Positions 55,825 through 64,000 of a stretch of DNA of 64,000 nucleotides are shown piece by piece. Origin of the DNA: Acidimicrobiales bacterium (GTDB taxonomy: Bacteria; Actinomycetota; Acidimicrobiia; Acidimicrobiales; VFJN01). The position numbers and the translations under genes are program-made. A model generated the notes under the pieces. The model saw only the letters and a program-made list of their open reading frames with translations, was not told the origin of the DNA and did no database searches. The stretch's first letter is position 1. Each line of letters begins with the position of its first letter. The stretch lies in assembly GCA_030681555.1 (NCBI GenBank), contig JAUXRW010000125.1, positions 1,730-65,729 of the forward strand. The letters run 5' to 3'.

Positions 55825-56643
55825 CTAGATCGACAGCAGGCGAGTGCGGAACAGGTCGAGGACCTGATCGAGCGCGGCGCGCGTGGGCTCGCCGGGCTCG
55901 TCGATGAGGTGCTCGGTGACGACCGAGTGCGGGTTGGGCATCACGGCCCCGGGCCGCGCCGACGAGTCGTCGAGCTCGACGGCGATGAACGCGTCGCCGA
56001 GCTCCTCGCGGAGGAAGTCGAAGCGGTCCCCGGGGCTGAGCTTGTCCCCCTTGAACCGCAGCCCGAGCACCTGCAGCCCGTCGGCGGCGCAGCGCTGCTT
56101 CACCTTCGCGAGGTCGCTCGGGGAGATGTCGATCGAGCGCCGGTGGCGCTTCGACAGCGCGACTGGCAGGGACGGCTGCGACAGCACCGGCGCGAGCAGG
56201 CGTTCGTCGGTGGCCATCGCGAGAGCGAAGCCGCCGGTGAAGCACATCCCGATCGCGCCAACCCCGGGGCCGCCGCACCGCTCGTGCTCGGCGACGGCCA
56301 GCGCGCGGAGCCAGTCGATCACGGGCGACGTCTTCCCGATGGCCAGCATCGAGAACTCCCGGCTGACGCAGACGGGCCCAAGCGTGCTGGCCATCACCCG
56401 GGCGCGCCCGGCCGCGCTCATCGTCTCCAGGTCGAAGCCGGGAGGACCGAAGAGGTGCGGCAGCACCGCCGTGCACCCGATGGCCACAACCCGGTCGGCG
56501 AACTCGATCACGCGCCGGCTGATCCCGGGCATCTCGGCGATCACGATCACCGCTGGCCCCGAGCCCCGCCGGTAGACGTCCCGCGCCTTGCCACCGTCGC
56601 TGAAGGTGGTGCGCTCGTAGTGCGAGAGGAGATCGTCGGCCAT
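55825..56643 (-). CDS. Dienelactone hydrolase family protein
   Basis: 272 aa with an ATG at 56643. It contains GAIGMCFTGGFAL, the Cys-nucleophile context typical of DLH. Confidence 0.8.
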   Translation of the reverse strand: MADDLLSHYERTTFSDGGKARDVYRRGSGPAVIVIAEMPGISRRVIEFADRVVAIGCTAVLPHLFGPPGFDLETMSAAGRARVMASTLGPVCVSREFSMLAIGKTSPVIDWLRALAVAEHERCGGPGVGAIGMCFTGGFALAMATDERLLAPVLSQPSLPVALSKRHRRSIDISPSDLAKVKQRCAADGLQVLGLRFKGDKLSPGDRFDFLREELGDAFIAVELDDSSARPGAVMPNPHSVVTEHLIDEPGEPTRAALDQVLDLFRTRLLSI

Positions 56644-56845
56644 CGCCGGACCCTACCCCCGCCTGGGCCCGGCGGCTCCGACGCACGAAATAGCGCGGGT
56701 TCGGGGCGCCACCGGCCCTTTAGGGGCCACCGGCGTTCCAAACCCGCCCTCGAGGGCCGTCGTCGCGTAGCCGTCGGTCTCGGCAGCCATCTCCCTCATG
56801 CACCACGGTCGTCCTTCCCCCGATGTCGCTCGATCGTCGGACCCG

Positions 56846-56873
56846 CCGCCGCGGCCCGCAAAGCACGCGGCGG
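56846..56873 (-). terminator. GC hairpin downstream of the alpha/beta hydrolase gene
   Basis: ccgccgcg (56846-56853) pairs with cgcggcgg (56866-56873), leaving a 12-nt loop. It lies about 40 nt 3' of the minus-strand stop at 56911. Confidence 0.35.
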
Positions 56874-56910
56874 GCGGCGCGCTCCGCTACCTCACGCCGG
56901 CACCGCCGGC

Positions 56911-57834
56911 CTACCGATCCGCGGGGTCGGACCCGGCTTCGGCGCCGTCGACCGTGAAGGCGTGCTCTGCGATCCAGGCCGCGACGTCGACCGGTTGGCT
57001 CCGGATCACCCAGTGCCTAGCCCTCACCGTGCGCCGATGCAGCTGCGGAGCCACCTCTTCGAGGTCGGCGAGCAGCCAGCCGGGCACGAAGCGGTCGTTC
57101 GTGGCCTCGATCAGCTGGACCGGCACGTCCGTGCGGCGCTCGGTCGGGTGGTGCAGCTTCGGCCCGATGTTGGCGCGGTACAGCTGCATCCCGTGGGCGA
57201 CGTCAGCGCCGAGCGTCGGCGCCGGCCAGGCCTCGTCCACCCGGGCACCGTCGACGCGAGCGAGGGCGCGGCCCCACAACCCTCGCGTGCGCCCAATGGC
57301 ATCGCGCTGTGCCGAGGCCAACCGGGCCAGCCCCGGCACGTGGAAGAACCCGACGTAGGACGAGCGGATGCCCTGGCGGAGCAGGGTGAGGTAGGCGTGG
57401 TTCTGCAGGGCTGAGCGCATCCACCGCCCGACGTGGCCGAGCGGGGGGCCGGACATGGAGGTGAACGAGGCGATGCGCTCGGCGGTGGGCGCCGACAGGA
57501 TCGCCTCCCAGCCCTGGATGGAGCCCCAGTCGTGGCCCACGAGGTGCACCGGCCGGTCGGGGCTCACCGCGCCGGCGACGGTGGCGATGTCGTCGACCAG
57601 GCGGTCGATCGCGTAGCCCTCGAGCGAGGCGGGTGCGTCGGAGCGCCCCGCGCCCCGCACGTCGTGGGCGGCCACGTGGAAGCCGTGGTCCACGAGGGCC
57701 TCGGCGACCAGTCGCCAGACCGCGCTCGTGTCGGGAAAGCCGTGGACGAGGAGGACGGTGGATCGCGACGGGTCGCCCCACTCCCGGACCGCCAGCTGGA
57801 GGCCGTCGCTGGTGCGCACGCGACGGTCAGCCAC
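56911..57834 (-). CDS. Alpha/beta hydrolase (epoxide-hydrolase-like)
   Basis: GTG start at 57834, overlapping the upstream gene end by 8 nt. The product is 307 aa and contains LLVHGFPDTS and LVGHDWGS. Confidence 0.85.
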   Translation of the reverse strand: MADRRVRTSDGLQLAVREWGDPSRSTVLLVHGFPDTSAVWRLVAEALVDHGFHVAAHDVRGAGRSDAPASLEGYAIDRLVDDIATVAGAVSPDRPVHLVGHDWGSIQGWEAILSAPTAERIASFTSMSGPPLGHVGRWMRSALQNHAYLTLLRQGIRSSYVGFFHVPGLARLASAQRDAIGRTRGLWGRALARVDGARVDEAWPAPTLGADVAHGMQLYRANIGPKLHHPTERRTDVPVQLIEATNDRFVPGWLLADLEEVAPQLHRRTVRARHWVIRSQPVDVAAWIAEHAFTVDGAEAGSDPADR

Positions 57835-58654
57835 GGGTCCGCCACGTCGACGCGCGGGCCGCACCCCGTCCGACGAGGTCGACCAGCGGCGTGGGGGCGA
57901 AGCGGCTGAGGTACCAGCCGCCCCACGACTCCGTGCCCACCGGAACGATGGAGCGGTTGCGGCGGATCGAGGTGATGATCGCCTTGGCGACGTGTTCGGG
58001 CGGGTGGGAGCGGCCGAAGGCCTTCAGGGCCAGGTCCTTCGTCTTCTCGCCGCTGGCGCCGAGGTAGCGGGTGCTGGCGGCGATGGGCGTGTTGATCACG
58101 CCCGGGCAGATGGCGGAGACGCCCACGCCGTGGACCGCCCAGTCGTGGCGCAGGCAGCGGGGGAGGTGGAGCACAGCGGCCTTCGTCGTGCAGTACGCGG
58201 GTGTGTCGGCGGCCGGGATGTAGCCCAGCCCGGAGGACACGTTGACCACGTGGCCGCTGCGGCGGGCGACCATGGCCGGCCCGAAGACGGCGCAGCCGTT
58301 GATGACGCCGCGGAGGTTCACCCCGAGGATGGCGTCCCAGTCCTCCTGCGTGGTGTCGAGGAAGCGACCGGACATGCCGATGCCGGCGTTGTTGACGACG
58401 ATGTCCGGCACGCCGAGGGCCTGCTCCACCGACGTTGCCAGCTCTGCCATCGCACCGGCGTCCGAGACGTCGACGGTCCGGGCGTGGTGCTCGGCGCCGA
58501 GCTCGTGGGCCGTGTCCTTCGCTGCGACCTCGTTGATGTCCACGGCGATGACCCGCGCACCGGCCTCGGCCAGCGCGAACGCCGTGGCCCGACCGATGCC
58601 GCTGCCTGCGCCGGTGACGACGGCCAACGAGCCCGGCATGGTGACCTTGGCCAT
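57827..58654 (-). CDS. Short-chain dehydrogenase/reductase (SDR)
   Basis: The start is trimmed to ATG 58654, giving 275 aa. It contains AVVTGAGSGIGRA, NNAG and YCTTKAA. Confidence 0.88.
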   Translation of the reverse strand: MAKVTMPGSLAVVTGAGSGIGRATAFALAEAGARVIAVDINEVAAKDTAHELGAEHHARTVDVSDAGAMAELATSVEQALGVPDIVVNNAGIGMSGRFLDTTQEDWDAILGVNLRGVINGCAVFGPAMVARRSGHVVNVSSGLGYIPAADTPAYCTTKAAVLHLPRCLRHDWAVHGVGVSAICPGVINTPIAASTRYLGASGEKTKDLALKAFGRSHPPEHVAKAIITSIRRNRSIVPVGTESWGGWYLSRFAPTPLVDLVGRGAARASTWRTRG

Positions 58655-58952
58655 CAGACGACCTTTCCTCGGGGATGCGACCGCAGTGCCGCGTCGCTCT
58701 CCGCTCCATCTTCCCGCGTTCGCCGGGGGGTCCGGCAGCGGGTCGTTCCTGCCGTCGCCCCCTTCGACCCGTCGTTCCTGCGCTCCGAGAGGCCGCTCGA
58801 CGCCCGCTGAGAGCGCAGGAACGAGGCCTTCAGCGGATCCGGACGTTGCGCAGGCGGAGGCGAGGCGGTCGGGCACGCCGCCACTGGGCCAGGGAGGCGG
58901 TTACCGTGGCACGTCGGAGCGGGTCGCTCGCCAAAGGTGCCAGGATGCCGCG

Positions 58953-59879
58953 ATGACTCGCTGGACCACCGCCGACATCCCCGACCAGACCGGCCGCACC
59001 GTCCTCATCACCGGGGCGAACAGCGGGCTCGGCCTGCGGTCGGCGGAGGCGCTGGCCGCGGCGGGCGGCCGCGTGCTCCTGGCCTGCCGCAACGCGACGC
59101 GCGCGGCAAAGGCGCACGCCGAGGTCGCAGCGGTCGCCACCGGCCCCGCGCCGGAGGTCGTGTCGCTCGACGTATCCGACCTCGACGACGTCCGGCGTTG
59201 TGCCGGCCAGCTGGCAGGCGACCTCGAGCACCTCGACGTGCTGATGAACAACGCCGGGGTGATGGCCGTGCCGCTGGCCCGCACACCGCAGGGATTCGAG
59301 ATGCAGATGGGCACGAACCACCTCGGCCACTTCGCGCTGACCGCGCGCCTCCTGCCGCTGCTGCAGCGGGCGCCCGCCCCGCGCGTGGTCACCGTCTCGT
59401 CGTTCGGTCACAAGGCGGGGCGGATCCGCTGGGACGACCCGAACTGGAACACCGGTCGCTACCTCGCGTGGCCGGCCTACTTCCAGACGAAGCTGGCCAA
59501 CCTCCTGTTCACCGGGGAGCTGCACCGGCGGGCCACGGAGGCGGGGAGCGGCGTGCTCGCAGCCGCCGCCCACCCCGGCTACGCCGCCACGAACCTGAGC
59601 ACCACAGGACCAGGATCACGCAACGCGTTCATGCACCGGGCCGCCGGGATGACCGATCGCCTGCTCGGCCAGTCCGACGAGATGGGCGCCCTGCCACAGC
59701 TCTACGCGGCGACGATGCCGGACGTGTCGGGCAACGACTACTGGGGCCCGGACGGGTTCCTCGAGCAACGGGGGCACCCGACGAAGGTCGGTCGCACGCG
59801 CCGGGCGGCCGATCCTGGCGCGGCCCGCCGCCTCTGGGCGCTCAGCGAGGAGCTCACCGGGGTCACCTTCACGTGGTGA
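58953..59879 (+). CDS. Short-chain dehydrogenase/reductase (SDR)
   Basis: The start is trimmed to ATG 58953, giving 308 aa. It contains VLITGANSGLGL, NNAG and YFQTKLAN. Confidence 0.88.
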   Translation: MTRWTTADIPDQTGRTVLITGANSGLGLRSAEALAAAGGRVLLACRNATRAAKAHAEVAAVATGPAPEVVSLDVSDLDDVRRCAGQLAGDLEHLDVLMNNAGVMAVPLARTPQGFEMQMGTNHLGHFALTARLLPLLQRAPAPRVVTVSSFGHKAGRIRWDDPNWNTGRYLAWPAYFQTKLANLLFTGELHRRATEAGSGVLAAAAHPGYAATNLSTTGPGSRNAFMHRAAGMTDRLLGQSDEMGALPQLYAATMPDVSGNDYWGPDGFLEQRGHPTKVGRTRRAADPGAARRLWALSEELTGVTFTW

Positions 59880-60138
59880 GCCCCGCGTAGGCGACGCGGA
59901 GGCGGCCCTGCACGGGATCGACCTTGAGGGACGCGCCGTCGGGGTGGACCGCAGTGACGTCCGCCGATCGTCCCTCGAGCTGGCCCACCCCTGCCCCTCC
60001 CCCGGCAGGGCCGCCCGAACCGGCGGACGTTGCCCCCCCGCCCCATCGCGGTCGTCCCGGGGCTCGGCGGCGGGGCACCGGTCGCCCTCTCGGTGCCCAC
60101 GGACGAAGATGCTCCCCTGCCGACCGTGAGGACCTGAC

Positions 60139-60438
60139 GTGGACGTGCCCGACACCGAACCCGACACCGCCGACGCCCCGCCTGCGTCCGCGGCGCCGGC
60201 GACGCCGCCCTCGATGACGCCGCCGCCGTCCACACGGGCGACCTCGGCAGGCTCGCGGTTGGCCCCTGCTCGCAGTGCTCGCCCTCGTGCTGGCCATCGG
60301 CGCCGCATCGCCGCGAAGACCCAGGCCGACCGGGCCGGCCACCTCGCCGCCGGGCGGGACGACCGCCGGGAGGTGGCGCAGGTGTGGGACGAGTTCGCGG
60401 AGGCCTCCATGACGCTCGGCGAGGGCGTCTCGGGCTGA
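60139..60438 (+). CDS. Small Pro/Ala-rich protein, possibly membrane-anchored; the reading frame is uncertain in its middle
   Basis: 99-codon ORF with a GTG start. Its TGA shares one base with the crotonase ATG (TGATG). In the middle part (about 60258-60305), third-position G/C bias favours the +1 frame, which encodes WPLLAVLALVLAIGAA. Confidence 0.4.
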   Translation: MDVPDTEPDTADAPPASAAPATPPSMTPPPSTRATSAGSRLAPARSARPRAGHRRRIAAKTQADRAGHLAAGRDDRREVAQVWDEFAEASMTLGEGVSG

Positions 60439-61217
60439 TGGCGGGAGACGATCCGACGATCAGCGTGCGCGACGACGGCCCGGTGCGGGTCGTCACCGTC
60501 GAGCGCCCCGAGCGCCGCAACGCCTACGACCGGGCCACGGCCGAGGCGCTGGCGGCCGCGTTCCGTGCGTTCGACGCCGACGACGCCCTCTCGGTGGCCG
60601 TGCTCACCGGCGCCGGGGGGACGTTCTGCGCCGGTGCCGACCTGCACGGCGTGGCCGCCGGTCGGGGCAATCGGGTCACGGAGGACGGCGACGGTCCGAT
60701 GGGCGTCACGCGCCTGCGCCTCGGCAAGCCCGTGATCGCGGCGATCGAGGGCTTCGCCGTGGCCGGCGGGCTCGAGGTGGCGGCGTGGTGCGACCTGCGC
60801 GTCGCCGCCCGGGACGCGGTGCTCGGGGTGTACTGCCGACGGTTCGGCGTGCCGCTCGTCGACCTCGGCACGATCCGGCTCCCCCGCCTCATCGGCCACA
60901 GCCGGGCGATGGACCTGATCCTCACGGGCCGGGGGGTGGACGGCGAGGAGGCGCTGACGATGGGCCTCGTCAACCGCGTCACCGAGCGAGACGGGGCCCT
61001 CGAGGGGGCGATCGAACTGGCCCACCAGCTCGCCGCGTTCCCGCAGCTGTGCCTGCGCGGCGATCGGCTGTCGGCCATCGAGCAGTGGGGGATGACCGAG
61101 GACGACGCGCTCCAGAACGAGCTCCGCCACGGCCGGGCCACGATCAGCAGCGGCGAGACCCAGGCCGGCGCCGCCCGCTTCCGCAGCGGCGAGGGCCGCG
61201 GCGGCCGCCCCACCTAG
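60438..61217 (+). CDS. Enoyl-CoA hydratase/isomerase (crotonase) family protein
   Basis: The start is trimmed to ATG 60438, giving 259 aa. It contains VLTGAGGTFCAGADL and AAIEGFAVAGGLEVAAWCDLRVAA. Confidence 0.88.
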   Translation: MAGDDPTISVRDDGPVRVVTVERPERRNAYDRATAEALAAAFRAFDADDALSVAVLTGAGGTFCAGADLHGVAAGRGNRVTEDGDGPMGVTRLRLGKPVIAAIEGFAVAGGLEVAAWCDLRVAARDAVLGVYCRRFGVPLVDLGTIRLPRLIGHSRAMDLILTGRGVDGEEALTMGLVNRVTERDGALEGAIELAHQLAAFPQLCLRGDRLSAIEQWGMTEDDALQNELRHGRATISSGETQAGAARFRSGEGRGGRPT

Positions 61218-61340
61218 CACCCGCCGAGCGCGGGGTCGCCGGTTCGCTCAACTCGCCGGTTCGCTGGTGCGCAGCGCCCATCTGGGCCGAACGGCCCGAT
61301 CTGGTGCGCGAGGGCCAGCGGCAGCGCGACGGCTCGATGG

Positions 61341-61550
61341 TTGACGGTCATGCTGGCGGTCGATGTCATCGGACATTTCGGACGGTCGTCGGGGATGTCA
61401 CGGCGAGCGGCCCGGGCCCACCTGTGCGCCGACCGGTTCCACCCCGGCCCGCAGGGCTACCGGGTGTGGGCCGAGCGCATCGCCACGGTGGCCCACGAGG
61501 TGCTCCCGCCGCTCGGCCCGCCCGTCGCCGGTCAGCTCCTGGTGCGGTAG
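61341..61550 (+). pseudogene. C-terminal fragment of an SGNH/GDSL hydrolase
   Basis: It encodes ...CADRFHPGPQGYRVWAERIA, the block V DxxH context of SGNH hydrolases. The roughly 200 upstream residues of such enzymes are absent, because the crotonase gene ends at 61217. Confidence 0.5.
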
Positions 61551-61559
61551 TCCTCCGGG

Positions 61560-61742
61560 GACGGCACGTCGCGCTCCTGCAGCCGCACGCATGCCGAGGA
61601 ACCGGGCGTGGACGTGTCGGGCACGCCTACCGCACCGCGGGTAGCCCATCTTGGCGTCCTCGGCGACCTGGACGAGGTCGCACCCGATGGCCAGCTCGGT
61701 GCCCCCCGGGCCAGGCAGCAGCCGTGCACCTGGGCGAATCAC
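61560..61742 (-). pseudogene. Internal fragment of a crotonase-family gene
   Basis: It encodes PGPGGTELAIGCDLVQVAEDAKMGYP, the crotonase oxyanion-hole region. The flanking sequence changes frame and lacks the rest of the fold. Confidence 0.45.
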
Positions 61743-61861
61743 CGGCTTGGCCAGGTCTCAGATGCCCATCCACGTCTCGGTGACGTGCCGGGCCACTGGA
61801 CCCCACCGGCCAGCGAGACGCCGGGGCGCGGCGCGCGCTGATCTTCGACTGGCCCCGCCCG

Positions 61862-62377
61862 TCATACGAGGGCCCGCACCATCGCCACCCGGCGGGCGGG
61901 GTCGAGGCCGTGCGCCGCTTCGGCGGCCATCACGTCCCGCAGCTGTGGGCCGAGCTCGTCGTCGGCGAGGTCACGGAACCCGCATCGGCGGTAGTAGGGC
62001 GCGTTCCAGGCGACCTCCCGGAACGTGGTGAGCGTCATGGCCACGTGGCCGTGGTCGATGGCCCACGACGCCACGTGCTCCAGCAGGCGACGACCGATGC
62101 GCTCGCGGGCCCGTGCCGGGTGGACGCTGACCTGCTCGACGTGGGCGGCGCCGTCGACGAGGTCGACGAGCACGTACCCGACGGCGGCGTCCTCGACGGG
62201 TTCGGCCGCGACCCACGCCCGACCCCTGTCCACGTACGCGCGGAGCGTGGGGACCGGCGGCGGCTCGTCGTCGGCCACCTCCGGCATCCCGATGGCCGCG
62301 AAGGCCCGGCCTGCTGCCAGCTCGATGGCGCGGAGCGCCTCCAGCTCCTCGGCGCGCGCCGGTCGGATCGTGACCAC
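61862..62377 (-). CDS. GNAT-family N-acetyltransferase
   Basis: 171 aa. It contains VEQVSVHPARARERIGRRLLEHV and APYYRRCGF. Confidence 0.85.
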   Translation of the reverse strand: MVTIRPARAEELEALRAIELAAGRAFAAIGMPEVADDEPPPVPTLRAYVDRGRAWVAAEPVEDAAVGYVLVDLVDGAAHVEQVSVHPARARERIGRRLLEHVASWAIDHGHVAMTLTTFREVAWNAPYYRRCGFRDLADDELGPQLRDVMAAEAAHGLDPARRVAMVRALV

Positions 62378-62383
62378 GATGTG

Positions 62384-63075
62384 ACCCTAGGCAGCGGGGA
62401 CGTCCTGGGCATCGACGCCGACCAGGGCCAGGAACGCCCGCGCCGCTGGAGCAAGTGGGCCGCAGCGGTGCACGACCATCGTCCCCCGCAGCGCCGGACG
62501 GGTGGCGCCGAGCGTGCCGTCGGGAGCGGGTTCCACCTCGGCGTGTCGGGCGGCCGACTGGCCCCCGTTCGAAGCGTGGACCGAGGGCATCGTCGCCGCC
62601 GACGCGCGGGCGACACGCTCCGGGCCGCCGACTCGTCGCTCCACGGTTCGGGTACTTCAGCGACCTCATCGAGCAGAAGCGGGCTCAGCCGGCAACGACG
62701 CCGTCTCCGCCCTCGTCTACGCGCCCGGCGGCGCGGACGTGCACCTCCTGCCCATCTCGGCTTCGCCTTCACGATGACCGCGGGCGGCAACGACACGACG
62801 ACCGGGCTCCTCGGCAGGGGCGCCGAGCTCCTCACCCGCTACCCCGACCAGCGCGCCCGTCTGCTATCGGACCCCCCTCGTGCCGAACGCCGTCGAGGCG
62901 CGGTGGCGCCTGTCCGTCCCGGTGCAGGGTCTGGCCCGCACGACCACCCGGCCCGTCGCAGTGGACGGCGTCGACGTCCCCCCGGCAAGAAGTGCTTCTC
63001 CTCTAACGGTCGGCGAACCGCGATCCGCGTGCCGTCGGTCCCTGCCGATCCGGTGATGGTGATGGTGGCCACGGC
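62384..63075 (+). pseudogene. Decayed cytochrome P450 gene (both ends missing, several frame changes, internal stop)
   Basis: P450 pieces are spread over three frames: LGIDADQGQERPRRWSKW, YFSDLIEQKRAQP, GNDAVSALV, FAFTMTAGGNDTTTGLLGRGAELLTRYPDQRARLLSDP and VPNAVEARWRLSVPVQGLARTTTRPVAVDGVDVPP. The next piece, KKVLLL-TAA-RSANRDP, puts a stop at 63004-63006 where Tyr is expected. There is no Cys-ligand loop before the next gene. Confidence 0.75.
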
Positions 63076-64000
63076 TACCTCCGCTCGATGATCCAGCTGG
63101 CGACGAGGTCGGCAACCTCGTCGGCGCCACCGCTCTCGAAGTAATGCTCGCCGGGCACGAGGTCCAGCCGCTTGTCGGTGGCGGCCAGCGCGTCGAAGAT
63201 CGCCCGGGCGTCCGACGGGAACACGCCGCGATCGGCGGTCGACTGCACGACCAGGGACGGCACGGTGATGCGGGCGAGGTGGGGGGCGCCCTGGCACTGC
63301 GACGTCTCGAGGCACCACATCGAGAGCCACGACCGGAGCGTGCTGGTGGCTCCGATGGCGAACGGGCCGTAGTTCGCGCTGCGGGGATCGCCGGCGTAGC
63401 ACCCGGGGGCGCGGTCCGACGGGTCGAGCGAGAGGTCGGCGAACCGCAGGTCGGCCCACACGCGGGGGATGGTGAACAGGCGGTCCCATGCGCCCGCGCC
63501 GCGGAGCCGGGTGAGCTCGTCGCGGGTCCACGCGGTGATGCGGTGGTTCCGCTCCCGCTGCGCGGCCCGGTAGCAGTCGACGAACTCCGGGGGGTATGGC
63601 GGCCCGTGGGCCGGGTCGAACATGTCCAGCGCGGGGTCGACGGACAGCGGGTCGGTCTCGTCGACCACCGACGGGTCGAGCCACGCAGTGAGCACCTCGG
63701 GCCGGCCCGGGTGGGCGTTCAGCGAGACGTACAAATCGGCGGCGGGCAGGTCGAGGACCGCGTCGGGGACCGGCAGGTCGAACGCGGGCGTGAGGTGCGG
63801 CCCCACCGCCTGCGACTGGTACGCGCCCATGAGCGAGCCGCCACCGGAGTTGCCGACCAGCACCACAACGTCGGCGCCTGCCTCCTCCCGCAGCCAGCGC
63901 ACCCCCGCGCCGATGTCGACGAGCGCGTGCTCGAGCAGGAAGTAGGGCTCGTTGCCGCGATAGCGGGTGTTCCACCCGAGGAACCCGAGGCCCCGTGCCG
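63075..64000 (-). CDS. Alpha/beta hydrolase-like protein (5' end beyond the window)
   Basis: The frame stays open to position 64000 (...GLGFLGWNTRYRGNEPYFLLEHALVDIGAGVRWLREEAG...). It contains VLVGNSGGGSL, a nucleophile-elbow-like motif. The track ORF starts only at the internal GTG at 63902. Confidence 0.8.
   Translation of the reverse strand, partial: ARGLGFLGWNTRYRGNEPYFLLEHALVDIGAGVRWLREEAGADVVVLVGNSGGGSLMGAYQSQAVGPHLTPAFDLPVPDAVLDLPAADLYVSLNAHPGRPEVLTAWLDPSVVDETDPLSVDPALDMFDPAHGPPYPPEFVDCYRAAQRERNHRITAWTRDELTRLRGAGAWDRLFTIPRVWADLRFADLSLDPSDRAPGCYAGDPRSANYGPFAIGATSTLRSWLSMWCLETSQCQGAPHLARITVPSLVVQSTADRGVFPSDARAIFDALAATDKRLDLVPGEHYFESGGADEVADLVASWIIERR

Noticed and set aside
59880-60138. 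Coding potential between the SDR gene and the small gene at 60139
   Set aside because: Both a plus frame (..GDAEAALHGIDLEGRAVGV..) and its exact antisense (..ADVTAVHPDGASLKVDPVQGRLRVAY..) look protein-like and share high G/C at alternating codon positions. I could not decide strand, start or frame. The stretch also contains a C7 run (60034-60040) where indel errors are likely.

Overview
The window is a very GC-rich segment (about 70% by eye, not computed) that looks like actinobacterial chromosome. It is densely coded on both strands, with many GTG/TTG starts and 1-4 nt stop/start overlaps. I can support about 60 coding regions. I found no rRNA, no functional tRNA and no CRISPR array.

Content by region:
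- 0.1-6.3 kb: acyl-CoA catabolism, with a tandem-fused family III CoA-transferase, two adjacent acyl-CoA dehydrogenases and a nitronate monooxygenase.
- 6.4-20.2 kb: a sulfotransferase, a translationally coupled nei / T4-endoV-like glycosylase pair, two MarR units (one paired with an MFS pump, one with an O-methyltransferase), an ArsR-AHSA1-VOC operon and a standalone LigD polymerase.
- 20.36-23.5 kb: a LuxR-family gene split by a 1.46-kb IS110-family element. The element's 5' arm carries short matches to both insertion flanks and to both of its own ends, which makes it a candidate bridge RNA.
- 24-33 kb: mixed metabolism, transport and regulator genes.
- 33.2-40.0 kb: a one-strand array of SpoIIE phosphatase, RsbW-type kinase, STAS protein, UdgX (KRRIH motif), DUF72, Ku and a ligase-less LigD. 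I rate this the most unusual arrangement in the window.
- 41-44.7 kb: a fused E1 dehydrogenase and a PAS/MBL pair.
- 44.9-51.8 kb: a surface/glycan block, with a secreted protein built from three copies of a ~140-aa Cys-containing module, a WbsX-type protein, two methyltransferases with coiled-coil tails and an anchored hydrolase.
- 52-61 kb: a TetR/MFS pair, hydrolases, SDRs and a crotonase.
- 61.2-63.1 kb: a stretch of gene remnants (SGNH, crotonase and P450 fragments) around one intact GNAT gene.

Several other truncated or frameshifted genes are scattered through the window. The single-base frameshifts could be sequencing errors. The truncations cannot.
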